Assembly: GCA_041615815.1 (NCBI GenBank)
Contig: JBFJCP010000028.1
Location: 1-56,966 of the forward strand
Direction: 5' to 3'
DNA from: Gemmatimonadales bacterium
GTDB lineage: Bacteria; Gemmatimonadota; Gemmatimonadetes; Gemmatimonadales; GWC2-71-9
DNA: 56,966 bases
Below the pieces are notes generated by a model. It did not search any database, had not been told where the DNA came from, and worked only from the letters and a program-made list of their open reading frames with translations. The translations under genes were made by a program, and so were the position numbers. Of this stretch, positions 9,247 to 18,337 are shown piece by piece. Positions within the stretch are counted from its first letter, which is position 1; every line of letters begins with the position of its first letter.

Positions 9247-12200
9247 ATGACGCAGCCACGGCGCACCACCATTGGTGCGGTCTCGCTCATCATTCTCGGT
9301 GCCTTTGCCCCAGCCATGGCACACGGACAGCAAGTCGATATTTCGCTGCTCGAAGGCATGGAGGCCCGCAACATCGGACCTGCCGGTATGAGCGGTCGGA
9401 TCGGCGCCATTGATGCCGTCAACGCCGATCCGAATATCGTCTACGCCGGCACCGCCACCGGTGGTCTCTGGAAATCGGTGGATGCCGGCGTCACATGGAA
9501 GCCCATTATGGATTCACTTCCTGCGGCGTCGATTGGTGCCGTGAGTATCTATCAGGCGAGCCCGGACATCGTGTGGGTCGGGACGGGCGAGCGCAACCGT
9601 CGCAACAGCGCCGGCGTGGGTACCGGGGTCTACAAGTCGATGGATGGCGGTGTATCCTGGCAGCATGTGGGCCTCGACAGCACCGGAGCCATCGACGCCA
9701 TCATCGTGCACCCCAGCAACCCCGATGTGGCGTACGTCGGTGCATTGGGCAACACCTGGGCAGACAGCCCCCACCGCGGCGTGTACAAGACCATCGACGG
9801 TGGGCGGACGTGGCAAAAGATCCTGTATGTCAATGAACGGACGGGCGTTGGGGATCTCGTGATGGATCCGTCGAATCCCCAGAAACTCTTTGCTGCCATG
9901 TGGGAGCATCGCCGGTGGCCATGGTTCTTCAAGTCCGGCGGACGCGGGAGCGGACTTCACGTGACGCACGACGGCGGCGCTACGTGGAGACAGCTGACGC
10001 CCGCGGAGGGTCTACCCGAGGGAGAATTGGGCCGGATCGGTCTCGATTTCGCTCGCTCGAATCCCAAGGTAGTCTATGCCGTGGTCGAGGCGACGCGCAG
10101 TGTGATGTTACGCTCCGACGACGGCGGACTCACTTGGAACACCGTAAACCGCGAGCGTGGGATCGCCCCGCGGCCGTTCTATTATGCCCAGGTCCGCGTG
10201 GACCCCGTGAACGAGAATCGGGTGTACAACGTGCACGGGACCATCGACCTGAGTGAGGACGGCGGGAAAAAATTCGAGACCTTCGTGCCCTTTGCGCGGG
10301 TTCACGTCGATCACCATGCCTTGTGGCTGAGTCCGGATGGCAAGACGCTCATCGATGGCAACGACGGCGGGGTCTACATCTCCCGTGATCGCGGAGTCAC
10401 GTGGCAGTTCGTCCTCGGCCTACCACTGGCGCAGTTCTACCACATCAGCGTGGACATGGCCACACCGTTCAACGTCTACGGCGGTCTCCAGGACAACGGC
10501 TCTTGGATGGGGCCGAGTCAGGTGTGGCACAATGGGGGCATCCGCTTCTACGACTGGGCAGAGGTGCATTTCGGCGATGGGTTTGCGACCATCGCCGATC
10601 CCAACGACCCACGCTACGGATACGCGATGTCTCAGGGCGGTTTCATTGTGCGCTTTGACAAGGAGACCGGCGAGCGGAAGGCCATCCGGCCGGCCCACCC
10701 AGAAGGCGTGCACCTGCGCTTCAACTGGAATGCCGGCATCGCCACCGATCCCTTTGACGGGTCGATCTACTACGGTAGCCAGTTCGTGCACAAGAGCTCC
10801 GACGGTGGGCGAACCTGGACCGTCATCAGTCCCGATCTCACCACCAACGATCCCGAAAAGCAACAGCAACGCGAGACAGGTGGGTTGAGCATCGACAACT
10901 CGTCAGCGGAAAACCATACCTCGATCCTCACGATTGCGCCGAGTCCGGTTGAGCGCGGGGTGATCTGGGTGGGGACCGACGACGGCAACGTGCAGATCAC
11001 GCGGGACGGCGGTCAAACCTGGGCCAACGTGGTGAGTCGGATTCGGGGCGTCCCGGCGAACACGTGGGTGCCGCACATCGAGGCGTCCAAGTTCGAGGGC
11101 GGCACGGCGTTCGTCGTGTTCGACGATCATCGCCGCGGTGACAACCGGCCCTACCTTTACAGGACGACGGACTATGGTCGAACGTGGCAGAGCCTCGTCA
11201 CGTCCGACCTCGAGTATTTCCTCCACGCAATCGAGCAGGATCCCGTGAATCGCAACGTTTTGTACGCGGGATCCGAGTTTGGCCTGTATGTGTCGCTGAA
11301 TGGTGGAGGGCGGTGGTCCCGCTGGCATCATGGTGTTCCGCGCGCTCCGGTTCGGGCGCTGGTGGTGCATCCCCGAGATCACGACCTGGTGATAGGCACG
11401 CATGGGCGCTCCGCGTACGTGCTGGACGATGTGCGCCCGCTGCGGGCGCTCGCCGATGATCCAGCACTCATGGACCGGCGCCTTCATCTTTTCGAGATCC
11501 CCGCAACCATTCAATACCGCGTGGGCCAGGTGGCCGGAATCCGCTTCACGGGGGACGCCATGGTTCATGGCGACAACCGTCGCTATGGGGCGCTACTGAC
11601 GTATTACGTGGGGGGCAACAGTACCAGCGAGGGTGATAGTCTCGAGGCCAAGATCGACGTGCTCGACGGTGACAGCGTGATCCGCAGCTTCGAGGGCCCG
11701 GCCCAACGTGGTGTCAATCGCACCGCGTGGAACCTGCGGCACGATGGGTTCAAACGGGTGCGGAGCCCGGACGATCCCCCCGCCGAGTTTCTCCCGCCCG
11801 GACCGGACGTCCTTCCCGGCACCTACGTGATTCGCGTGATCGTCCGCGATGACACAGTGCGTCAATCGGTCCAGGTGCAGCCTGATCCGCGGTTCGCGGT
11901 CACGATGGCTACGCGGGAGGCAAAGCGCGCAGCGCTCATGCGCGCTGGGAGGCAACAGGAGGTGGGGGTCGAAGCGGTGGAGCGACTGCAGAAGGCGCGT
12001 GAGGGCATCGACGAAGTCCTCGAACGACTCCAGGGCGACGAGTCCGATGACGTCAAGATCCTCAAAGCGTCAGCGGATTCCCTCAAGAGCAAGATCAAGG
12101 AGTTAGAAGAAGACTTCCGAGGTCCGCAGGACATTCAGGGATTCACGAGCGATCCAAACGCCTTCTTCTCCAAGATCGGTCTGGCATATGGACAAATGAG

Positions 12201-12384
12201 TTCATCGTGGGACGAGCCCACGCAGGCGCAACAAATCCTGCTGGAACAGGCAGAGGCCCGGCTGACCGAGCTCCTCCCGGGGATCAATGCGTTCATTACC
12301 GACGACATTGGTCAGTTCCGAAGCCGCGCCACGGCCCTCGGCGTCGAAATCTTTCCGGCCCTGGAGCCGGTGAACATGAACTGA
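9247..12384 (+). CDS. Secreted VPS10/BNR-repeat beta-propeller protein, paralogue 2
   Basis: AGGAG SD at 9235-9239 and ATG at 9247; signal peptide; RNIGPAGMSGRI; many Asp-boxes; GGLQDNGSW; RFNWN. Confidence 0.88.
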   Translation: MTQPRRTTIGAVSLIILGAFAPAMAHGQQVDISLLEGMEARNIGPAGMSGRIGAIDAVNADPNIVYAGTATGGLWKSVDAGVTWKPIMDSLPAASIGAVSIYQASPDIVWVGTGERNRRNSAGVGTGVYKSMDGGVSWQHVGLDSTGAIDAIIVHPSNPDVAYVGALGNTWADSPHRGVYKTIDGGRTWQKILYVNERTGVGDLVMDPSNPQKLFAAMWEHRRWPWFFKSGGRGSGLHVTHDGGATWRQLTPAEGLPEGELGRIGLDFARSNPKVVYAVVEATRSVMLRSDDGGLTWNTVNRERGIAPRPFYYAQVRVDPVNENRVYNVHGTIDLSEDGGKKFETFVPFARVHVDHHALWLSPDGKTLIDGNDGGVYISRDRGVTWQFVLGLPLAQFYHISVDMATPFNVYGGLQDNGSWMGPSQVWHNGGIRFYDWAEVHFGDGFATIADPNDPRYGYAMSQGGFIVRFDKETGERKAIRPAHPEGVHLRFNWNAGIATDPFDGSIYYGSQFVHKSSDGGRTWTVISPDLTTNDPEKQQQRETGGLSIDNSSAENHTSILTIAPSPVERGVIWVGTDDGNVQITRDGGQTWANVVSRIRGVPANTWVPHIEASKFEGGTAFVVFDDHRRGDNRPYLYRTTDYGRTWQSLVTSDLEYFLHAIEQDPVNRNVLYAGSEFGLYVSLNGGGRWSRWHHGVPRAPVRALVVHPRDHDLVIGTHGRSAYVLDDVRPLRALADDPALMDRRLHLFEIPATIQYRVGQVAGIRFTGDAMVHGDNRRYGALLTYYVGGNSTSEGDSLEAKIDVLDGDSVIRSFEGPAQRGVNRTAWNLRHDGFKRVRSPDDPPAEFLPPGPDVLPGTYVIRVIVRDDTVRQSVQVQPDPRFAVTMATREAKRAALMRAGRQQEVGVEAVERLQKAREGIDEVLERLQGDESDDVKILKASADSLKSKIKELEEDFRGPQDIQGFTSDPNAFFSKIGLAYGQMSSSWDEPTQAQQILLEQAEARLTELLPGINAFITDDIGQFRSRATALGVEIFPALEPVNMN

Positions 12385-12470
12385 AACGGCGGGATGGGCG
12401 GCAGTGGCAGCAGCGATAGCACGCTGATCCCGCTCATCGCGGTCTATTCCACCGCTTCGAGGAAGGTCCC

Positions 12471-15400
12471 ATGAGAACCATGTTCTTGGCATTCGTGATA
12501 CCCTTGCTCAGCGCGGCATCACTCCATGCCCAATCGGATTCCGCCGCGTTCGCCGCCATGCGGGCCCGCAGCGTCGGGCCGGCGGGTATGAGCGGTCGGG
12601 TGGCGGCCATCGATGCGGTGGTGAGTGATCCCAACATCATCTATGTGGGCGCGGCCACCGGGGGGCTGTGGAAGTCGGTGGACGGCGGCCTCGCCTGGGA
12701 ACCGCTGTTCGACAGCCAACACACCTCTTCGATCGGCGCGGTCGCCATCTTCCAGTCGAGTCCGGACATCGTCTGGGTCGGCACTGGTGAGGGCAATCCT
12801 CGAAACAGCCAGGGTGTCGGTTACGGCGTCTACAAGTCTCTGGACGGCGGCCGTACGTGGAAGCATCTGGGTCTCGAGCGGTCGGAGCACATTCATCGCA
12901 TCGTCCTCGACCCCACCGATCCGAACATCGCCTACGTCGCTGCACTCGGACCCACGTGGAGCGACGGCGACGAGCGTGGCGTCTTCAAGACAACGGATGG
13001 CGGAAAGACCTGGCAGCGCGTGCTTTTCGTGAACGAGCGCACCGGCGCGGCCGACCTCGTGATGGATCCCACCAATCCCCGCAAGCTGATTGCTGCCATG
13101 TGGGAGCATCGTCGACTGCCTTGGTTCTTCACGTCCGGCGGTCCCGGGAGCGGGTTGTATGTCACCTACGATGGGGGGGCCACCTGGAAGCGATACACGA
13201 CGGTGGACGGCCTTCCGGCTGGAGACTTGGGACGCGTCGGGCTTGCCATTGCTCCCGGTGATCCGCGCGTGGTCTACGCGCTCGTGGAAGCCACCCGCAG
13301 CGTCTTGCTCCGGTCCGACGACGGCGGTCAGTCCTGGCGCACCGTCAACCGTGAAATTGGGGTCGCGCCTCGGCCTTTCTATTACGCAGATCTCCGCGTC
13401 GATCCGGCCAATGAGAACCGGCTCTACAGCATCCACGGTCGCGCCACCGTGAGTGAAGATGCTGGCAAGACCTTTCGCACCATCGTACCGAGCGCGCTCA
13501 TTCACGGGGATGTGCACGAGCTGTGGATTCATCCGCGGAGCGGGCGGCTCTTGATCATGGGCAACGACGGCGGGGTGGGACTCTCGTACGATCGTGGAGC
13601 TCAGTGGCGCTTCGTCGAGAATCTCGCGCTCGCGCAGTTCTATCATATCAACGTCGATATGGACACACCGTTCAACGTCTATGGCGGGATGCAGGACAAT
13701 GGTTCGTGGTTCGGTCCCAGTGCGGTGTGGCGCAATGGCGGGATTCGCAACTACTACTGGACCCGTGTTGGCGGGGGCGATGGCTTCGCGACCTTGAACG
13801 ATTTCGCCAACGCACGCTTCGGCTACAGCATGTCCCAACAGGGGTTTCTCCGACGATTCGACAAGGTCACCGGCGAACGGAAGGACATCCGGCCGGTGCA
13901 CCCGGATGACGTCGACCTTCGCTTCAATTGGAACGCCGCAATCAACGTCGACCCGTTCGACTCCGCCACCATCTATTTCGGGAGCCAGTTCGTGCATCGA
14001 ACTCGGGACGGGGGTGGCACCTGGGAGATCATCTCGCCGGATCTCACGACGAACGATCGCACAAAACAGCGACAGTTCGAGACCGGGGGACTCACGATCG
14101 ACAACACCGGCGCTGAAAATCACACGACCATCCTGACGATCGCGCCCAGTCCCGTGGAACGGGGCGTGTTGTGGGTGGGAACGGACGATGGAAACGTGCA
14201 GCTCACGCGGGACGGCGGTGCGACATGGAACAACGTCGTGGGGCGCATTCGGGGCGTCCCACCCAACACGTGGGTCCCGCATATCGAACCCTCCAAGTTC
14301 GACGGTGGAACGGCGTTCGTGGTATTCGACGATCACCGCCGCGGCAACTGGACACCCTACGTCTTCAAGACAGCCGATTACGGCCGTAGCTGGCAGCGCA
14401 TCACCACCGACGAGATCTGGGGATTCCCGCACACGATCGAGCAAGATCCCGTGGAACGCAACCTCCTCTGGCTCGGCACGGAGTTTGGTCTGTTCCTGAG
14501 CCTCACGGGCGGCGCGCAGTGGATGCGGTGGACGCACGGCGTGCCAACCGTCCCCGTGCGTGCCATTCTGGTCCATCCCCGCGATAACGATTTGGTGATC
14601 GGCACCCATGGCCGGGGGGCATTCATCCTCGACGATATCGGGCCGCTCCGGGCGCTGGCCCGGGAGCCGTCACGCCGAGCGGTCGCACTCCACGTGTTCG
14701 ACCCACCACCGGCGTGGCAACACGAGGTTACGGATCAGATTGGCTACCGATCCACGGGACACGCGATGTTCGCCGGTGACAATCGACCGTATGGTGCATT
14801 GGTGAGTTATTGGCGAGGCGGCATGGGCGGTGGGACACAAGACAGCGCGCAAGCGACCATCGAGATTGTCTCCGGTGACAGCGTGGTTCGCACGCTCGAA
14901 GGGCCGGCGGAACCGGGAATGAACCGTATCGTGTGGAATCTGCGGTACGAGGATATCACCGTCCCCACCTCGTCGGACACGTCTACCGTCTCCGGCCCGG
15001 AGGTGGTGCCTGGTGCGTACACGGTGAGGGTCATCGTACGGAGCGACACGGCGACCGCCACGCTCGAGGTGCCATTCGATCCGCGAGCGCCCGTCCCGGT
15101 GGAGCAGCGCCGAGCCAAGGTGGCTGCGCAAACCGCGATGGGTGAAAAGATGGAAATCGCGGCACATACCGTTCGTCGGCTCCGGACGCTGCGGAAGGCG
15201 GCCGACGACGTGAAGACCGCGATCGACGATCGCGACGATGGAGATGCCACTGCTCTGGGTGCTCGAGCCGACTCGCTGCAAGCAGCCATCGACAGCGCCC
15301 TCGCGGCGTTCGTGGATCCTCCAGACCGTCAGGGCATCTTCGGTGGCAATCGGACCGCCGTCCAGAAACTCCAGGCCGTCTACTTCTCACTCGGCTCCTC

Positions 15401-15599
15401 GTTCGACGCTCCGACCACCGCGCAACGCCTAGCGATGGCCCGGGCCGAATCCGCGCTTCGCACGGCACTCGACCCGGTCAATGGCAGGTTGGCGGGTCAG
15501 GTGGCCGAGTTCAGACGGCTAGTACGCGAGGCGGGGTTGGAGGTGGTGCCGAGTCTGGAGCCGATAGTGTTTGGTGAGACAGCAGGCGACGGGCGGTAG
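12471..15599 (+). CDS. Secreted VPS10/BNR-repeat beta-propeller protein, paralogue 3
   Basis: Signal peptide ending LHA-Q; RSVGPAGMSGRV; colinear with and strongly similar to paralogue 2. Confidence 0.88.
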   Translation: MRTMFLAFVIPLLSAASLHAQSDSAAFAAMRARSVGPAGMSGRVAAIDAVVSDPNIIYVGAATGGLWKSVDGGLAWEPLFDSQHTSSIGAVAIFQSSPDIVWVGTGEGNPRNSQGVGYGVYKSLDGGRTWKHLGLERSEHIHRIVLDPTDPNIAYVAALGPTWSDGDERGVFKTTDGGKTWQRVLFVNERTGAADLVMDPTNPRKLIAAMWEHRRLPWFFTSGGPGSGLYVTYDGGATWKRYTTVDGLPAGDLGRVGLAIAPGDPRVVYALVEATRSVLLRSDDGGQSWRTVNREIGVAPRPFYYADLRVDPANENRLYSIHGRATVSEDAGKTFRTIVPSALIHGDVHELWIHPRSGRLLIMGNDGGVGLSYDRGAQWRFVENLALAQFYHINVDMDTPFNVYGGMQDNGSWFGPSAVWRNGGIRNYYWTRVGGGDGFATLNDFANARFGYSMSQQGFLRRFDKVTGERKDIRPVHPDDVDLRFNWNAAINVDPFDSATIYFGSQFVHRTRDGGGTWEIISPDLTTNDRTKQRQFETGGLTIDNTGAENHTTILTIAPSPVERGVLWVGTDDGNVQLTRDGGATWNNVVGRIRGVPPNTWVPHIEPSKFDGGTAFVVFDDHRRGNWTPYVFKTADYGRSWQRITTDEIWGFPHTIEQDPVERNLLWLGTEFGLFLSLTGGAQWMRWTHGVPTVPVRAILVHPRDNDLVIGTHGRGAFILDDIGPLRALAREPSRRAVALHVFDPPPAWQHEVTDQIGYRSTGHAMFAGDNRPYGALVSYWRGGMGGGTQDSAQATIEIVSGDSVVRTLEGPAEPGMNRIVWNLRYEDITVPTSSDTSTVSGPEVVPGAYTVRVIVRSDTATATLEVPFDPRAPVPVEQRRAKVAAQTAMGEKMEIAAHTVRRLRTLRKAADDVKTAIDDRDDGDATALGARADSLQAAIDSALAAFVDPPDRQGIFGGNRTAVQKLQAVYFSLGSSFDAPTTAQRLAMARAESALRTALDPVNGRLAGQVAEFRRLVREAGLEVVPSLEPIVFGETAGDGR

Positions 15600-15618
15600 G
15601 TTATCGGCATGTGGAACG

Positions 15619-15653
15619 CACAGGCGACAGGAGGAGCTGCCCTGTCGCCTGTG
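15619..15653. terminator. Perfect 13-bp hairpin between convergent genes (putative bidirectional terminator)
   Basis: CACAGGCGACAGG-N9-CCTGTCGCCTGTG; no clear U-tract. Confidence 0.55.
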
Positions 15654-15668
15654 AGCCACTCCTCTTGC

Positions 15669-16937
15669 CTAGTCCTTCGCCAACCGAATCCCACTGAATT
15701 GCCAGCGCGCGTGGGGCGGGAAGAAGTTTCGATACGTGCCGCGTATGTGTGACCCTGGTGTCGCACAGGAACCGCCGCGCAACACCAGCTGGTTACACAT
15801 GAACTTCGCGTTGTACTCGCCGACAGCACCCTCCGGTTGCCGATAGCCGGGGTAGGTGGCATAACCACTCTGCGTCCATTCCCATACGTCTCCGAAGAGT
15901 TGCGCGGGTGAGTCGGCAGCGTGTTCGGAGAGCGGGATGGTATGGAAATGCGCCTCCTCCACAAAATTGCCGTCCATCGGCACGTTCGCAGCGATGGCCT
16001 CCCACTCGAACTCCGTGGGGAGCCGTGCTCCCGCCCAGCGGGCGTAGGCATCCGCCTCGTAGTAGCTGAGGTGACACACCGGCTCCGTGTCCTCCACCAC
16101 TCGCATGCCGCTGAGGGTGTACTGGAACCACTGCCCATCCACACGCTGCCAGTAGAGGGGGGCGCTCCACTGCTCTGCCTGCACCGTCGCCCAGCCGTCC
16201 GAGAGCCACAGCTCGGGACGACGGTACCCGGCGTCGTCCATGAACGCTTGGTACTCGCCACAGGTGATCAAGCGTGACGCGAGCTGGAACGGCCTGAGGT
16301 ATACCTTGTGCCGCGGCGTCTCGTTGTCATAGGCGAAACCGTTTCCGCCATGCCCGATCTCGATGACCCCATGGGGCCCCTCGAACCATGCGAGCGGCGG
16401 CACGGAGGGCACCTGCGGGCGCTCGGCCTCGCGATACACGGGGTGCAGGGGATTGAACGACAGCAGATGTTTGAGATCCGTGACGATCAGTTCTTGGTGC
16501 TGCTGCTCGTGATGGCACCCGATGGTGATCACGTCCTCGGGGAGCGTCATCTCACCCGTCTCTGCCCGGCGGAACAGCTCGTCCATCTCGCGGTCCACAT
16601 GCGTTCGGTACTCGCGGACTTCGGCGACGGTTGGTCGCGTCACGAGCCCGCGATGTGGGCGGAAGTATTGGGGACCGATGGTGTTGTAGTAGGAATTGAA
16701 GAGATATTCGAACGCCGGGTTGATGGTTTGATAATCCGGCTTGCTCGTCTTGAGGACTAGCGTCTCGAAGAACCACGTGGTGTGGGCAAGATGCCACTTG
16801 ACGGGACTCGCGTCCGGCATGGACTGCGGCACGTAGTCCTCGATGGCGAGCGGTGCAGCCAGCCATTCCGATGCACGCCGCACGGCCCGAAACTGCGCGG
16901 CCAGCCCGGAGGCAGGAATCGTGGCAGTACTAGTCAT
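15669..16937 (-). CDS. egtB: Ergothioneine biosynthesis sulfoxide synthase
   Basis: DinB-like domain [21 protein letters not shown] and HHEQQHQEL (Fe-binding His); FGE-sulfatase domain [34 protein letters not shown] overlap with egtD. Confidence 0.95.
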   Translation of the reverse strand: MTSTATIPASGLAAQFRAVRRASEWLAAPLAIEDYVPQSMPDASPVKWHLAHTTWFFETLVLKTSKPDYQTINPAFEYLFNSYYNTIGPQYFRPHRGLVTRPTVAEVREYRTHVDREMDELFRRAETGEMTLPEDVITIGCHHEQQHQELIVTDLKHLLSFNPLHPVYREAERPQVPSVPPLAWFEGPHGVIEIGHGGNGFAYDNETPRHKVYLRPFQLASRLITCGEYQAFMDDAGYRRPELWLSDGWATVQAEQWSAPLYWQRVDGQWFQYTLSGMRVVEDTEPVCHLSYYEADAYARWAGARLPTEFEWEAIAANVPMDGNFVEEAHFHTIPLSEHAADSPAQLFGDVWEWTQSGYATYPGYRQPEGAVGEYNAKFMCNQLVLRGGSCATPGSHIRGTYRNFFPPHARWQFSGIRLAKD

Positions 16938-17953
16938 GCATCCTCTCCCTTCTGTAGCAGCAGCACCGCGAACCAGTCTTGGTCGTCGGTGAACACTTCC
17001 TCTGTTTGAAAACCAAAATACCGAACGAACTGCACGAGATCATTGATGACGAACTTCCGGCTGATCTCGATCATGATCTGCTCACCGGCCTGAATCACGT
17101 GGCAACGGTCCAGCGGATGCACATGTAGGGTCTGCGTCTCGTGAAACCGAGCGAAGATCTCCATCCGCTGCCAATCCGGATTGTACCGTGCCACGTGCTC
17201 GATGCTGGCCACGTTTAAGCCAGCATCCAATTCCCGGTTCATCCGGACGAACAGGTTCCGCGTGAACTCGGCCGTCACGCCTGCCTGGTCGTTATATGCC
17301 GCCTCGATGATCGCGGGATCCTTGACCAGGTCCACTCCCAGTAGGAAGAAGTCACCCGACGACATGTGACTCGAGATCTTTTGCCAAAACCAGGCGGATT
17401 CCGTCTGATTGAAGTTGCCAATGGTGCTGCCCAGAAACAGCGCCATGGCGGGAGAAGCCTTGTCGATGAGCGGGAAGGCCTCGCCGTACGTCCCCACCAC
17501 CGGACTGACCGTGACCCGCGGATGACGACGCTGGATGACCGCCCGTGCGGATCGGAGAATACTGTCGCTCACGTCGACCGCGACGTAGTGCACGGGCTCG
17601 GGCTCCCGAGCGTAGGCCCGTAGCAGATGATCCGTTTTGGCGGAGCTTCCCGACCCCAACTCGATCAATGTCACCATGCCCGTGAGCTTCCTGATCGACT
17701 CCGCGGACGCCTCGAGGATGGCTGCTTCCGTTCGGGTGGGGTAGTACTCCGGCTGCTCGGTGATCTCCTCGAACAGCTCGCTTCCTCGGGCGTCGTAGAG
17801 GTACCGGCACGGCAGCCAGCGAGGGGTGTCGGTGAGCCCCTTCCCCACCGCCTGTGCGAATTCGAGGACCTCTTCGTCCGCCCGCGGCGCTCGTACGCGA
17901 GCGGTCGAAGCCAGCCGGCTTCGCTTGGATTGGGATCCCGAAATGCTCGTGAT
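16934..17953 (-). CDS. egtD: L-histidine N-alpha-methyltransferase
   Basis: [70 protein letters not shown]. Start uncertain: the first canonical start is GTG 17848, but the frame stays open to an in-frame ATC at 17953 with a GAGGT SD. Confidence 0.92.
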   Translation of the reverse strand: MTSISGSQSKRSRLASTARVRAPRADEEVLEFAQAVGKGLTDTPRWLPCRYLYDARGSELFEEITEQPEYYPTRTEAAILEASAESIRKLTGMVTLIELGSGSSAKTDHLLRAYAREPEPVHYVAVDVSDSILRSARAVIQRRHPRVTVSPVVGTYGEAFPLIDKASPAMALFLGSTIGNFNQTESAWFWQKISSHMSSGDFFLLGVDLVKDPAIIEAAYNDQAGVTAEFTRNLFVRMNRELDAGLNVASIEHVARYNPDWQRMEIFARFHETQTLHVHPLDRCHVIQAGEQIMIEISRKFVINDLVQFVRYFGFQTEEVFTDDQDWFAVLLLQKGEDA

Positions 17954-18080
17954 GAGACACCTCTCGCGGTAGGAGCAACGGCGGGGTCAAGTGGACTCAA
18001 AAGTAGCCGTGAATTGCGGTCGAAAGCAACCGGAAACGTGAAGAACCGTCACGGAGCGGTCACGAACGACGGTGCTGCAT

Positions 18081-18109
18081 TTGGAAACGCATCCGCGTCT
18101 TTCTATATT
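18081..18109 (+). promoter_or_regulatory. Putative sigma70 promoter for the NAGGN operon
   Basis: TTGGAA (18081-18086), 17-nt spacer, TATATT (18104-18109). Confidence 0.4.
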
Positions 18110-18337
18110 CCACCACGTGCTCAACGGTGAGTGGAATCTATCGGCTGGAAACATGGTCTCATCTAACGCGCCACTGCTCCGTGCTCGAGGCAACGCGAGC
18201 GTCTCCGCCCGACGGACGGCGGTACGCCAGGGGGACGTGAATTCTCGCCCACATTTCACGAACGGCGCGGCCCTTCCCCTTCGATATCGGTTCGCCCCCA
18301 TCCGCCACCGTTCTCTTCCCGGCTAGGCCCATTCGGC

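Noticed and set aside
15669..16937. Selenoneine (senA) or ovothiol (ovoA) assignment
   Set aside because: No senB or selD neighbour and no fused C-terminal methyltransferase; coupling to egtD and the RNFF...RWQFSG ending fit EgtB.
18007..18250. c-di-AMP (ydaO), SAM or ANTAR element assignment
   Set aside because: Only fragmentary resemblance (GTGAATT, GGCAACG); the conserved cores could not be matched, so it is left as an unassigned candidate.
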